A stretch of DNA of 64,000 nucleotides from Cyanophora paradoxa CCMP329 (GCA_004431415.1 QPMI01000113.1:124001-188000), one strand, 5' to 3'; numbered from the stretch's first letter, positions 1-12,400 are shown. The notes: a model not told the origin generated them from the sequence alone. Program-made: numbers and translations.

Positions 1-232
1 CGCCCATGTTGCCTGTGATGAGGTATTCAAAGCTTGCGCGGAAATGATGCGAAGCTACGATATCAAGACAAAGGTTACCACTCGCACTATCAGTAACAAA
101 GTGCTCGAAACATTCAAAATTGAATCGACTGTGACTACAATTAAAGGGAAGTCGAAGCGAGTTTATAAGGGGCTCACTAAGATCGCCAAGACACAGTTTG
201 AAGACGAAGATGAGGATGATATAGAAGCGTAA
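1..232 (+). CDS. 3' end of a gene running in from outside the window; resembles the C-terminal region of a D5/SF3 primase-helicase
   Basis: Frame open from the window edge (…ACDEVFKACAEMMRSYDIK…TTIKGKSKRVYKGL, then an acidic tail). Viral context. No catalytic motif visible. Confidence 0.35.
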   Translation, partial: AHVACDEVFKACAEMMRSYDIKTKVTTRTISNKVLETFKIESTVTTIKGKSKRVYKGLTKIAKTQFEDEDEDDIEA

Positions 233-563
233 ACGACATCCAAACAATCATTAACTACATCATTTTTTAGTAACTACGCAACTACATAGCGAAGCTACGC
301 AATTTAATACCGGCAACTATGCGCTATCAGACCTACCTATACGCATGTCCTGACTGCGGACGAGATCACCCAAACCGCGACCATGGATATTGAAGCCACA
401 CAGGATCTTTTCAGGCGAATATTCGGTTACTACCCGAATTGCCGCGGTAAAAAGACAAAAACCCATGTTATCAAATCTGACACTATGCAACTGACAATAG
501 AGCTGCCCGAAAACGTAAGACTAACGGTAAGAAGTGTCACAAAGCTAACTTAGGCACTTGCAA

Positions 564-1058
564 TTAATGGTATTGTTGCAAACTCTCAATACGACAAACT
601 GGACAGGAAAAACGTTGTTTATAAGTCATTTCGGATATGCAAGATTCACACACAGAACTATTACACTGCGCACAAGCTAAATCTTCCGTTTTTATAACCT
701 CTAAACAAATCACACACTTAACTTCCCCATCTTGTTTTTTAGAAAAGCCCGATATAACATTTTGTATTACCTCAATGCATTTCTCTTTCGTAATGTCAAG
801 TGGTATTAACATTTTATATCCTTTGTAAACCAATGCGCATATGTGCTGCCTACGAGGATGGTAAAACTGGGAAGCCATATTAAGATGTAAAAACATGTTC
901 TGATGTTTACGCGTTTGTGATATAACAAAGATTACCTTCTTACGGGCATTCTTCTTTTCCCATTTGAGATAGTTCTTGTCTGTGCATTCTTTTGTTGCTT
1001 CTGTTACGGGAATATTTGTAAGTGTCTTACAATATTCTATTATCTCTTGGGTATTCAT
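564..1058 (-). CDS. RING-finger protein (putative viral E3 ubiquitin ligase)
   Basis: C-terminal CVIC…CAQCNSSVCESC…CPVCR RING-type pattern. More AT-rich than its neighbours. Confidence 0.75.
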   Translation of the reverse strand: MNTQEIIEYCKTLTNIPVTEATKECTDKNYLKWEKKNARKKVIFVISQTRKHQNMFLHLNMASQFYHPRRQHICALVYKGYKMLIPLDITKEKCIEVIQNVISGFSKKQDGEVKCVICLEVIKTEDLACAQCNSSVCESCISEMTYKQRFSCPVCRIESLQQYH

Positions 1059-1188
1059 TGTGTTTCTCTATATCTGATACACATAAAATGTTTTCCTCCG
1101 TGTCATTTTTTGAGATGTCCTTAAATATGTTTCCACATTTTTTGAACGCGTCCTTTCCCGAAATTAAAATGTTCCCTTAGAGTAAAAG

Positions 1189-4100
1189 ATGCCCCGCCAA
1201 ACTAATCGCCTTATAAAAGAGAAAAAGACGAAATATTAGGCTTGTTAGGTAGTCTTTTAGTCACTGGGGAGATCACCGAAGCCGAATATGATCGTAGGGC
1301 GGCGATCTTAGATCGAAAACCCCGCTTAGCTAACCTTGCGAATATTGCCGACGAGCTTTACAATCGCCTGGAAAATGTGGAGCGCTTCTATACCGAAGGG
1401 AGGCGCTTAGCCGTCATAGAACCCGATGAGGAAGACGGTTTCGCAATGAATAAAGCGTATGCCTGGTATAGCTATAAGGCGGATGAACAGATAATCTTAG
1501 ATCCGGTGGAATTTCTCACTACCATCGCTGCAAACCTGCCTGGGCGGCTGAAAGAACGGCTGGACGAGCTTAAAGCTATTAAGGTGCGCCTTACTTTCAT
1601 CTGCCGATACGTAAAAGTGAGTGATCCTAACGTTTTTATCACTAAACACATTTATAGCGATTATTTCGTAATCACAAGGTCGCGCAATATTCTCACTGAG
1701 TTAGTGGGTGTAGCTCAGCAAATGAATGAACAGATGATACAGGTCGACAGCTACCGGCTCAGTAAATTAGATAAGCTACATGTCGTCGTTTTATCATATG
1801 CGCCGATGGGCGGTTGCTACATTGAGACCCCCGAATGGATTGGATTAAAGCGAGCCACAGTAAATATTAAGAATATCGATGGTCACGACTGCTTTAATTA
1901 CGCTATCCTCGCATGGCTGCACAGAAACGACATAAACAGACACAAACGTAATGATCCGTTCCAATATAGGCGGTGGATGACTGAACTCGACTTCTCAGGC
2001 ATTGATTTCCCGGTGGCTTGCGATGCTGCATTAATAGATCGTTTCGAGGACAATAATCCCGAGCTGTCGATTAATATATATGGCGCCGACAATGCGACCC
2101 AAACCTTTTACCCACTGCACATGTCAAGTAATCCGCATCGTAAATCGAAGGTAAACCTGCTGCTGATCGAGGACGCAAACGGACAGGGTCACTATATTAC
2201 GATAATGTCACTGAGCCGCCTCTTAAAGACCACCTTTGATAAAGCAAACGACGGGCGCATTTTCTACTGCGAAACCTGTTTGTCCCGATTCAGATCACAG
2301 GATAAACTCGATAAACACACCGACTCTAATCGCTGTATCGATTGGCGGCTGAGTAAAGGTAAATGCCCCGAACCCGGAAGCTTTATTACTTTCGGACTGC
2401 AACACCTAAGGAAAATGGTGTGGCTTCCTACTGTCTGCTACTGCAAGGTAGAGATGGAGTCGGTGCCGGTTCCTAATGAACCAAATCGAACCAAGCGAGA
2501 GGTAAAGTCGGTGGCACTTAATGTTGTTATGGGCTCTCATGTTGAAAATCACGAATTCGAGGGCGTGGATCCGCTGGGACAGATGTTTACCACGTTAGGG
2601 GATCTGTGCCGCGAGATGCTTAATACCCTATTTACTAATACACCTATGAGCCCGCTCACAGAGGCGCAAAAGCAAGCCTATAAGCTCACCAAGCACTGCT
2701 ATATATGCAATCAGCGGTTTACCCACGAAAACTTCCCTGTCCGCGATCACTGTCACCAAAGCGGCGATTATATAGGGAAAGCTTGCCGAAAATGCAATTT
2801 ACACAGGAGGATCTCAAAGCAAACGAAAGTAGCCGTGGTCATTGATCGGATGGATGAGTGCGGGCATGCTATATTCAGGAAAATCGCACAGCAAGACGAC
2901 AAGCTGCGGGTCGAGATCCTAAGTAAGAATTTCGACGAGTATCTCTCTTTACAGTGGGGACTTTACAAGTTTATAGACGCCTCGAATTTCATGGATTTTC
3001 AGGCGTCCGATGTTAATGATCTCATGGTAAAATTCGGTAAATTCAGTATGCTCGCCCATGAGCAATACGGACTGGATCCCACGCATTATGTGAGCGCACC
3101 GGGACTATCGTGGGACGCGATGTTAAAGCATACGAGGGTCGCAATTGAACAGATCAGCGATGCGGATCAATACGAATTTATTGAGCGGGCGATTAGGGGC
3201 GGCTTTGCGACCATGCCCACACGATATGCCGAGGCTAATAGCGAGGATAAACATATAGTGCTATTGGATGCGAATAATCTATATGGCTATGCGCTCAGTC
3301 AGCCTTTACCGGTCGGGGACTATCGCTGGGACGACACGAGCACAGCTTTTACCGAGGTTGTAGGGCGGAGTGCATTTATAGAGGTCGACCTTGCATATCC
3401 GGACTATTTAAAGGCTGACCATCGCGATTTCCCGCTAATCGTGAGTAAAGAGGTAATTACTGCGGACATGCTCGGTAAATATCAGCGTGGGCTATTAGAG
3501 ATAAGCGGCGAGAAGCTCAGTAAAGATCCGAAGCTGATCGCCTCATTTACCCCGAAATATAATTACGTCGTTTCTCAGCCGATGCTGCTCTATATGGTAA
3601 AAAAGGGGATCGTAGTTACTAAGATCCACCGGGTGCTCTCGTTTGCAACCGCTGCATTTATGAAGCCCTATATAGATCTAAACACGAAGCTGCGAAAGGA
3701 AGCCCGGAATAAATTCGAGAGCGACTTCTTTAAATTAATGAATAATGCTATTTACGGTAAATGCCTGGAATCGTGTCGCGGGCGCTCCGTGGTAAAGATC
3801 GCGAACAGCACGAAGCTGTTTAAGAAATATGCGGCGAGCCCACTGGTAAAAGCGACGAATGTATTAAACGAAAACGCTGTTGCATTCGAAATGTATAGTA
3901 AACACGTAAAACTCGATAAACCGGTTGCGATTGGCGCTTATGTGCTGGATGCCGCGAAGCTCCATAATTATAGCTTCTTTTACGACGTGATCCGTCCGAC
4001 TTTCGCGCAAGCTCAGCTGCTGTTCCACGATACCGACTCGTTCTGTCTGTATATAGAGACCGCGGATCTGGAAGCGGGTATGCGAGCGATCAGCCCCTAT

Positions 4101-4451
4101 TTAGATTGCCCTTATAGTCCCGAGAACCGGATGGTTCCCGGTAAATATAAAAATGAGATGCCCGACGTCAAGATAGTGGAGTATGTGGGGCTGCGACCAA
4201 AGCTATATGCTTTCCGCACTGAGAGCTACGACAAGGTAAAAATGAGCGGGACAGCCTCGAAAGAGGTGCATTTCGACGACTTTAAGCGCTGCCTATTTGA
4301 CGGGATCACAAAAACAGTAACAGTAGTAAACAAGCAACGGCGATGCCACCACTTATATGATTTGGAGAGCAAGCGGATAGCGCTGACCCAATTCGATAGC
4401 AAGCGCTGCATATCAGGCGACGGCATACATAGCCTTCCATTCGGCTGTTAG
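1189..4451 (+). CDS. Protein-primed family B DNA polymerase (Polinton type with endonuclease VII-like insert), exonuclease motifs degenerate
   Basis: Polymerase motifs DANNLYG, KLMNNAIYGK, HDTDSF and GLRPKLY; C2H2 finger (CETC…H) and VRDHCH…CRKCN. The likely ATG at 1189 joins the 1242 ORF if one A is added to the A-run near 1222-1226. Confidence 0.9.
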
Positions 4452-4729
4452 TCGTCTATCTTATCGTGCGTTCTTTTTCTTGGTTTGCGCTCTAATTGAA
4501 GGAGCTGTCGCCTTAGGATATGGAGAAGCCATATGCACTTTAATCCGGGGTCGTCCGGGTCGATTAGGAAGTAATTAGGGATCGGGTGCGCGTCCCACAC
4601 TGGGGCGTCCATTTATCTGTAATCGCGGTAAAAATTGAAAGCCCGTGGGCAACGCAAAATGATTTAAGGAGAACGCGCTACATTTAGGCAACAGGAAAAT
4701 ATTTTCTCAGCTTAAAGTAAAAGGCGACA

Positions 4730-5386
4730 ATGGACAACGCATTTGAAGGCGATGAAGACCGCGGGCGCCACCGCGCTATAATGAGCATTCCAATCGAAGG
4801 CAACCCCGTCTTTGCTAACTTTCTCGGATTGAGTAATGAACGAATTAATGCGATTGTCCGTCTTGTCGGTATGATGGATGTTCAGAACTTAAATTTCTCT
4901 ATGATCGGGTATTTTCCTGCAAACCCCAATAGGATGTATGGGATGGTCGACAATCGCTTCTTCTGGTTTACGTATCCGGAAATACCACGCGAGGAGAGAA
5001 GGGAGTTATTTGAAGAAGACCCCAACGTGATTGCTGCCGATTTTGTGGAAGTAATTGACCCTATCAAAGTCTTTGAAGGATCTGGAATTAATGGAAATTC
5101 ACAAGACCTTCTTTTCGCAATAATTCATGCTCAGTCTCGGAAGTTAGAAATGAATCGCAATCGTGAACGTCAGGAAGCGTTGCGGCGCGTTTATTTGGAT
5201 GTGCCGCGGAGAGACCTTACACAATCGTATCCCAATTTCGAAAAGCATGGATTGACGATTAAATCTCGGGCTACCTTGCGCAAATTCTTAAAGGAAAACG
5301 GGGCATCGTGGGACAAGCATAATGGGTGGTTTACATACGATAGAAACAGCATCGTTGTTAAGATCTTCCGCCCCGATTTACCGTGA
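4730..5386 (+). CDS. Hypothetical viral protein with a C-terminal DUF5710-like motif
   Basis: 218-aa ORF; RVYLDVP…LKENGASWDKHNGWF resembles the YLxVP…GAxWD…W signature. Confidence 0.5.
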   Translation: MDNAFEGDEDRGRHRAIMSIPIEGNPVFANFLGLSNERINAIVRLVGMMDVQNLNFSMIGYFPANPNRMYGMVDNRFFWFTYPEIPREERRELFEEDPNVIAADFVEVIDPIKVFEGSGINGNSQDLLFAIIHAQSRKLEMNRNRERQEALRRVYLDVPRRDLTQSYPNFEKHGLTIKSRATLRKFLKENGASWDKHNGWFTYDRNSIVVKIFRPDLP

Positions 5387-5437
5387 ATAATCTGATTGCA
5401 ATGTTACATTGATCTTTTTTATTGTCTGATGACAAGG

Positions 5438-6871
5438 ATGTCAAGACCGCCAATAGTAAGACGATCGCAAGATTTAGAGGGGAGCACATTGCCGATCCCC
5501 GTGCCGAAAGAGAATAAAGAGAGCCGCATAGTAAAGCGGTCTGATTTAAAGGCTTTGGTGCCCCGCGACGTGCCCGTAGCCCTTGCTGTCCCGGAGGAAT
5601 CGAAAATTGCCCGGAAGTTTTACAGTCCGCAAACCGGCTTTAAAGGGATCACTAAGCTACGGCAAGAGCTGCCCGACGAGAATTATAAGAAATTGCAAGA
5701 GTGGTATAGCCGGCAAGAGGTCGTCCAAATTAATGCGCCGCACCTATCCCGCAAACGAGACCCGGCTATACCGATCCGACAGCCCCTCGATACCTACGTA
5801 ATTGATCTGCTATTCTTTCCCGCTTACTCGAAGTATAATGATAATTACAGTGCTTTTCTCACGGCTATGGAGAACACATTACGGGTCGGGTTCATTATCC
5901 CGATGCGGGATAAGTCCGCGGCGTCGACCTTAGCCGCCTTTATACAGCTGCAAAATAAGGCGCCGAGACCAATTTTTAAGATTCAAAGCGACCGCGGCTC
6001 AGAATTCACTAATAGCCTGTTAAGAGAATATTTCGAGAATCAGTTTATCGAGCATCAGATTGCGGACACAGCCGACCATCGCGCGCAAGGGCGCATAGAA
6101 GCATTTAACAAGCAAATGCGGCGGCTGATCACGAGCTACTGCATCGCTAATAATACGGCGCGATTTATAGATGTCCTGCCCGAGTTAGAATATAACTATA
6201 ATAATACGGTGCACTCTGCGACCGGCTATATGCCTGCCGAGACCAACGAGAGTCACTATAAGCTCATAGTTCAAAAAGAAGATGCGAAATTCAAGAAATC
6301 GATAGCTTATTTGGATCAGATTCAGCCGGGCATGTCAGTAAGGCTACGCATCGAGAAGACGCCATTCGCTAAGGGCGGTAACAATTGGAGCCGAATCGTA
6401 TATACTGTCGCCGCGCGCGAGGGCTATAAGTTTATGCTAACTGATCCGGACGGCAATCGCGTAGAGGGTCGCTTTGCCTTCCACGAGCTTTTACCGGTTC
6501 AGGCGGTCGATTACCTAATGGCGCCCACAGTGGATGCATTAGAAGCGGCAAAGGACGAGGCGCGGGTCGATGCGCAATTGCGTAGAGAGGGCATAGAAGC
6601 CGCCGCATCAGTGCCGCAAGGCTCTCTATTAGAGGATCGCGTGCAAAAAGAGAAACGAGTAAATAAAGAATTACAGCGGCTAGTAACAGCCGCCGAGCCT
6701 AAGCTATCCGGCGGCGTGAATAGCCAACGATGGTATAAGTCGTTCTCTAATCAGACTGAGAGCTACAAAGCGCCGGAAACCAAAGCTACATTAAGAAGTA
6801 GTAGAAAAGTAGCAACGGTAGCGCCGGTAGCTAATGGCGATCGAAAAGCGACTCTGAGACCACGAAAGTAG
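5438..6871 (+). CDS. Retroviral-like (rve) DDE integrase, Polinton type
   Basis: YVIDLLF, IQSDRGSEF, GRIEAFNKQMR, YNNTVHSATGYMP. Likely start is MSRPP at 5438. Confidence 0.92.
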   Translation: MSRPPIVRRSQDLEGSTLPIPVPKENKESRIVKRSDLKALVPRDVPVALAVPEESKIARKFYSPQTGFKGITKLRQELPDENYKKLQEWYSRQEVVQINAPHLSRKRDPAIPIRQPLDTYVIDLLFFPAYSKYNDNYSAFLTAMENTLRVGFIIPMRDKSAASTLAAFIQLQNKAPRPIFKIQSDRGSEFTNSLLREYFENQFIEHQIADTADHRAQGRIEAFNKQMRRLITSYCIANNTARFIDVLPELEYNYNNTVHSATGYMPAETNESHYKLIVQKEDAKFKKSIAYLDQIQPGMSVRLRIEKTPFAKGGNNWSRIVYTVAAREGYKFMLTDPDGNRVEGRFAFHELLPVQAVDYLMAPTVDALEAAKDEARVDAQLRREGIEAAASVPQGSLLEDRVQKEKRVNKELQRLVTAAEPKLSGGVNSQRWYKSFSNQTESYKAPETKATLRSSRKVATVAPVANGDRKATLRPRK

Positions 6872-7238
6872 TAGGCGCCGCGGTGCTTTCGTAGCCGCCA
6901 AATCGCGCGCTTTGCGAATCAGACCGCGCCGCTTTGTAGTAGCGTAGAATTACTCTATACGTGCGCGGATGCAAAGTATGACTAGTGGAGACGCACGGGA
7001 ACGCGCGCCGGCGCTCAGAATGTAGCGGACACCTCGGTTTTCGGGCACTTGTGTAGAAGTCGAAGTCGGTCTCCGCTCCACGGTAGACTAAGCAAGTCAA
7101 ACTAGCACCATCGTGCCCGGAAGCAAGTTGTGAGCACGTAGCAATTGAGAGCGCGCCGAGATCGGCTTCCAGTCCAAAGTTACGCCCGGAAAACGAAAGG
7201 GGGGGTCGCCGCCGAGTCGCGATCGCGGTGTTATCGAG

Positions 7239-7427
7239 TCGGGACTCGGGACTCGGGACTCGGAACTCGGGACTCCGGGACTCGGGACTCCGGACTTCCG
7301 GACTCCGGGACTCGGGACTCGGGGCTCGCCGAGTCGGGACTCGGGACTCGGGAGTAGGAACTCGGGACTCGCGATCGGGAGTCGGGACTCGCCGAGTCGG
7401 GCTTCGGGACTCGGGACTCGGGACTCC
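7239..7427 (+). repeat. Degenerate (GGGACTC)n heptamer tandem repeat
   Basis: Roughly 25 imperfect units, directly visible. Confidence 0.9.
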
Positions 7428-7695
7428 AACTTTCAAAGTTTGCGACTTAAAATATGCAACTTGGCAACTGGCAAGTTGGCTCAGCGGCTTTCTGAGTCAT
7501 GATCAGAGCCTCGGAGGCTTCGAGCCTCGCGATAGCATTTTTATAAATATGTATTTTACACATTATTTATTGAGCCCATGAAACTTATATGCACGTGCTA
7601 GCCTCATTAAGACGGTCACGGCGCTATTTTCGGTTTTGGAAGGCGATGAGCTGGTGATGAGAGACAAGCGTTTGACGATTTCTAATTAGGTTTTT

Positions 7696-7938
7696 GGTAT
7701 CCCCCCTGTCCTGACCCGTCCTGCAACCGGTATCCCCCCTGTCCTGACCTGTCCTGCATGCGTTACGAAACTCAACGGGGAGCGGAAAGAACCACATCGC
7801 TGTGCTCAATCACGCTTATAGAGACGCTCTACTGCTATGCCAAGCCTGCCCAAAGCCAAACATAACGCATAACGCATCTGGGTAGGGCAAAAAGTAACGC
7901 ATCTGGGTAGCGCAAAAAGTAACGCATCTGGGTAGGCA
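7696..7938 (+). repeat. Two short tandem repeats: 33-bp unit x2 (7696-7758) and 25-bp unit x3 (7870-7938)
   Basis: GGTATCCCCCCTGTCCTGACCYGTCCTGCA twice; TAACGCATCTGGGTAG(G/C)GCAAAAAG three times. Confidence 0.85.
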
Positions 7939-8299
7939 ATTCGAAATCGACGAGCTCTGATTGGTGGAATTCAGAAAATACTACTTCGTGGCATGCTATA
8001 TGTTTTCGGAATCGCCGCGATGTGATGACCCCGAATACGTCGGTGACGCAGGTGCATATATGTATATGTCGTCGTATGCGAAAAAAAGACCAAAACAACT
8101 TCAAACTTGAAAGTTGGGCGAGATCACACACACGGAGGTTCGGACATATATACGAAATATATACATGACTAAATCGTTATTGTTTTCATAGAACTCGCAT
8201 GTTGTTCGCATGTATCTTGCATAGTGGGCGGGGCGCACTGTTTCACACTAAGGTCAATCGATTTTCATAGAGTCTCAGACTGATAACAATAAGATAAAT

Positions 8300-9000
8300 A
8301 ATAAACTACTTTATAATTAATAAAAACTACTTTAAACTACTCAACTACCTATGTTAAACTACGCAACTTAATACCGGAAACTACGCATTTAATACCAAAA
8401 CTACGCAACTACGCAAGTTTTTCACTTTTCTAATTTTTTTCCCCCCCTACTCTCAAACTTTTTCAGAAAGTTGCGTAGTTGCGTAGTTTTGGTATTAAAT
8501 GTGTAGTTTTCGGTATTAAAAGCGATCAGATTGCGTAGTTTCCATGCGTAGTTAATTAAAGTTGCGTAGTCTCCCGGGAGTCCGCATGCATTTCGGTGCG
8601 AAACAATTGCGTAGCCTATAAAACGGTCGTGTTGCAGTGCGAAACGATCGCGTAGCTTCCCTTGTAGTATGCCGGCGCTCTTTTCAGTAGAGAAATCATG
8701 GTATATATCATAGAATCATATTGATATTAATAAGAAACTACTTTATAATATATAAACTACATGAAACTACTCAACTTCCCCTGAAAAACTACGCAATTCG
8801 AAACCAAAACTACGCAAACGAAACCAAAACTACGCAACTACGCAAGTTTTACACTTTTCTAAATTTTTCCCGCCCCGAATTTCAGACTTTTTCAGAAAGT
8901 TGCGTAGTTGCGTAGTTTTGGTATCTTTTCAGTAGTTCCCGGTATTAAATTGCGTAGTTTCTTTGAGTAGTTGCGGTAAATTGCGTAGTTTCTGTGCGTA
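8300..9000. repeat. Two related palindromic units built from ACTACGC iterons (putative replication origin)
   Basis: Arms 8368-8416/8471-8519 and 8823-8845/8900-8922 are inverted repeats around near-identical pyrimidine-rich spacers. Confidence 0.75.
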
Positions 9001-9103
9001 GCCGATCGATCTCGATGCGCGCGAACGTTCCATGCAGCTCATGGTAGTTGTTTTTGATGAAACGACGCATGATCGTCGCTTATGCATTGAAAATTCAGAA
9101 CAA

Positions 9104-9413
9104 CACACATATACAACGCCCGGCTTTTAGACTGAGGCAAGTTATAATTAAACTTAGTTGAGTCACACCTATACTATAATGAAATTCACGATATATATAA
9201 GTCTACTCATCGAGAATATAGATAAACTTCACATAAACTATACATATTTCACATATTTTATTAAAAAGAAGCTATAACTCACGATAAAATAAATACATAT
9301 CACAGATAAAATACACACATATTCACGATAGATATATTATAAATACAGGTTATATACTAACGAGATCAATTTAAATAAGCCGAGGTCTAAAAGCCGGGCG
9401 TTGTATATGTGTG
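9104..9413. mobile_element. MITE-like element with 29-bp perfect inverted repeats and an AT-rich interior
   Basis: CACACATATACAACGCCCGGCTTTTAGAC at 9104-9132 and its exact reverse complement at 9385-9413. Confidence 0.8.
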
Positions 9414-12400
9414 GCGCAGTATTCGACCTGTCAGCAGGAGCTCGAGAAATATCGGAGCTCCAGCAGCCTGGCGGGCGCGAAGTAAAGTACACGCCACGGC
9501 GGTTCGGTCTCCGCCTGAGCAGAAATTAAAAGACCAGCGGTGGAGGAGTTTGGATTTAATTCGTCGCGAAGAGGGGTGGGCCCTGCGACGTGGCGGCGTG
9601 TACTTGTAATTTTTCAGCTGCAGCCGGAGTTCAAATTGTGAGCGGAACAGCTGCAGCTTCAATTTGCGGGGCTGGATGTTGCACCTGCGAAGGCGGCGGC
9701 CTTTCTTCACAGTCGATCGCGAGGCTGGTGGCGAATCCGAAGAAGGCGTCGCTCCGTTCCGGTGAACCGGCGTCCAGGCCGGAGATGCGGACCTGCCCGA
9801 GGCCAGGGCAATACAGGAGGGCATCGGATTCAGCTGTGGGCGGGTGGTGTCAGCCGTCGAGGGCGGGAGGCCCGAGTCCAAGCTAGAGGCACGGACCTGC
9901 TCGTGCCAGGATGGTGCTCAGGACAGCAAACGGCCGGTCGGCACGTACATGCACCCAACCGAATAGAGACCGGAATCGGCCCTGCATCAGACGGACGCGA
10001 GCTCAGCGTTATCGTCGCCGCGGGGTTACTAAACTCAAATACTAGAACTCGAGGACGGGCCGACGGAGTCTGGCAACCGCGTGGCCGGCGGGAGGGGCAG
10101 CTGGAAATCCGCGCCCCAAGAACCCCTGCTGACTACAGCTGGCAACGGCTCTGGTCGTGCTCACGTGCTCGGAATCAAGGAGGGGACGACAAAGGAACGT
10201 GGGAACCTCTCGGCTTTCGGGCGGCGCGTAGGGCCCTACGAGCCCCCGTTAGCTGTGGATGGAGCCGGTTCAAGTCGTGCTCCTGACCGGCGGGGATAGA
10301 GCATCTCCGGCGGACATTCTGGGTCTTCGGACTCGATGTGCAAGTGCACCTACCGCCGGCGGGCACACAGCAACCGTCAACTTAGCTGTGCGTCCGACCG
10401 CAATTTAATTCTCGGGTCGAAATCGGCGGAGGATCTCGTCAGGCGGACTGAGAACAAGAGCGGAAATTTTGGAAGTGCTCGACGCGGCGGCGTTCGCGCT
10501 CTGATGCACAGGATTCCCTCTCTTCTCGCCGCCTACAGATTCAGACGCAGGCCGGAGGGCCAGACTTCGCGCGATGTCGAGGGCGCAGTTTCGTCTGCAA
10601 GGCCGACATCAATCGCGAGTCCACGGGGCGCAGCCTAGTCAATGGGCTGACCCTCAAGTCTCGGTTGGGGCTTCGGGCCGTGGATCAAGGGCAGTGCCTG
10701 CGGTCCGGACGCTTCAGCTCGAGAGAGGGCGGGTGGGGTCGACGTCCCAGCGGATGGCCCACCGTCCGAGGGAGAGCTGTGCAGCCTGGCAGCTGCAGCT
10801 TCGCAGTTGTACATATCGTGTACATATCAGCCGCAGCGCGCGGCGAGCTCGAGTAGCTACGGATAGAGTAGCGAGCTCGAGAAGCATTCGGATTTCACAG
10901 CTGCAGACAGGACCAGCTGTGCGACGTCTGGATCATTTCTAGGTCCAACGGAAGCTTAGGGCAAGCCTTGGAAATATTTCTTTGCCAAAAGTTGGCTCGG
11001 AAACGATTCGAAATATTTTTTTCGCAACGATGGACATATATTTCTGATAGCATTAGACGTCTACATATTTATTTTATTGTAGATAGCGCAGCCTTCAAGG
11101 CTTCGTGCTGCTAGGGCTGTAGTGCAGCCTTCGTGCTGCTAGGGCCGTCAGGGCGTTAGAACGCCTCGGCCACCTTTTCTTGTACATAGTCGGGATCGTT
11201 TTCGATATCGGACTCAACGTTTTGCTGCGACGAACGTCGCGGGAGGGATGGAGGCGCCGAGGACGGCTTTTCTCTGCTGCGACGAATGTCGCGGGCGATG
11301 GCAAGTCCGGCTAGAGCTTAGCCGGCTGGACCGGGTGCGGCCGCAGGCCGCGGGCCGGAAGCCGGCTAGGCGGGGCCGGTCGCGACTTGGCTTGGTGACT
11401 TTCGGGCGCAGCCGAATGATTTTCGGTGCAGCGGTTGTTGGGGTTCAGAACCCAAGTCGGAACCCAATTCGGAATCCTAGAACCGTGAAAGTCCTAGAAA
11501 TACTTGCTAGTTTGCAACGCGGGCTAGTATAAGTAGCCGCTGCCCTGCCAAAGTTGTTATTCTTTGTGAGGCGCACAGCCTCGAAATACTAGCAGCGAAA
11601 CTCTGCCTCTCTGCGGCTGCACCTTGCCTTAGCAATTAATATTTGGGAGGGCCTTGCATTGAATTGCACTACTAGCTGGGATCGCATCTCAGGTCTGTTA
11701 TTAATCTGTTATTAGGCCTCTGGTTAAAACCCCTAGACTATATCTGGGCCTTGCCCGGATTTAACCAGACGCTTAATAATAGTAGCCTCGGGCCCGGGGG
11801 CTGGGGCCCGGGGGCCACGAGCCCCCCGGCCCGGGCTTCGGAACTGCTGAGCCCGGCCCCCTTTAACTAATTAATATAATTCTATGGCAAATTTAAGGTT
11901 TCAAGTTTCACCTTCCTTAGTTTCAAGTTTCGAAGTTTAACTGAGTCATTATGGAGTCGACGTCATGATCATCCCGGAGTCCCGGCCCCGCAGCCGGGGC
12001 CGCGGGCCGGGGGGGCCCGGGCCCTCATGATCAGGGCCTAGCCCGTGGCCTGGGTTCCTTTGTTCCCGGACTCCGGGAGCCCGACCGTCGGACCCGTCGG
12101 AGTGAAATGTTGCAAATTCCGAAATTAGAGTTGCAACTTGCAATTCAATCACAGTACTGAGTGTCGCGGGCCCGCAGTCACTGAGTGCCCGGCGGCCGCA
12201 GTGTCGTGCTGGCGTGCCGATGGCAGGCTGGGCCACTCGAGCTCGAGAGTCGCCGTCATCCGATGATCATCGGATCATCTGCCATGCTGAGGCTGACTCA
12301 TGATCAGTGACTCTGGCTGAGACAAAGACATGAATTCGAACAGTGAGAAGCTCAGCGGCTTCAGCCTTGAAGAAGCTGATCGCGATGCCGGATCGGCGCC

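Larger units (their letters stand above)
1..7100. mobile_element. Endogenous Polinton/Polinton-like virus, element 1 (partial; left end outside window, right end unresolved between ~6.9 and ~9.0 kb)
   Basis: Intronless gene cluster, much lower in GC than the host block, with protein-primed PolB and an rve integrase. No TIR or TSD could be identified. Confidence 0.8.

Noticed and set aside
1189-1242. Programmed frameshift at the start of pPolB 1, and likewise in LINE ORF2
   Set aside because: Several breaks fall in homopolymer or TA runs (e.g. ~42307-42318). Sequencing indels or decay are simpler explanations.
4631-4638. AAAATTGA (mimivirus early promoter motif) upstream of the 4730 ORF
   Set aside because: A single 8-mer in AT-rich DNA, not seen before the other element 1 genes.
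6831-7581. SPESR/RDSGL repeat ORFs, and GGGACTC as a telomere
   Set aside because: These are translations of a heptamer repeat. The unit is degenerate, internal and not a telomeric motif I recognise.
7696-9000. Short repeats as a CRISPR array
   Set aside because: No unique spacers of regular length, no cas genes, and a eukaryotic context.
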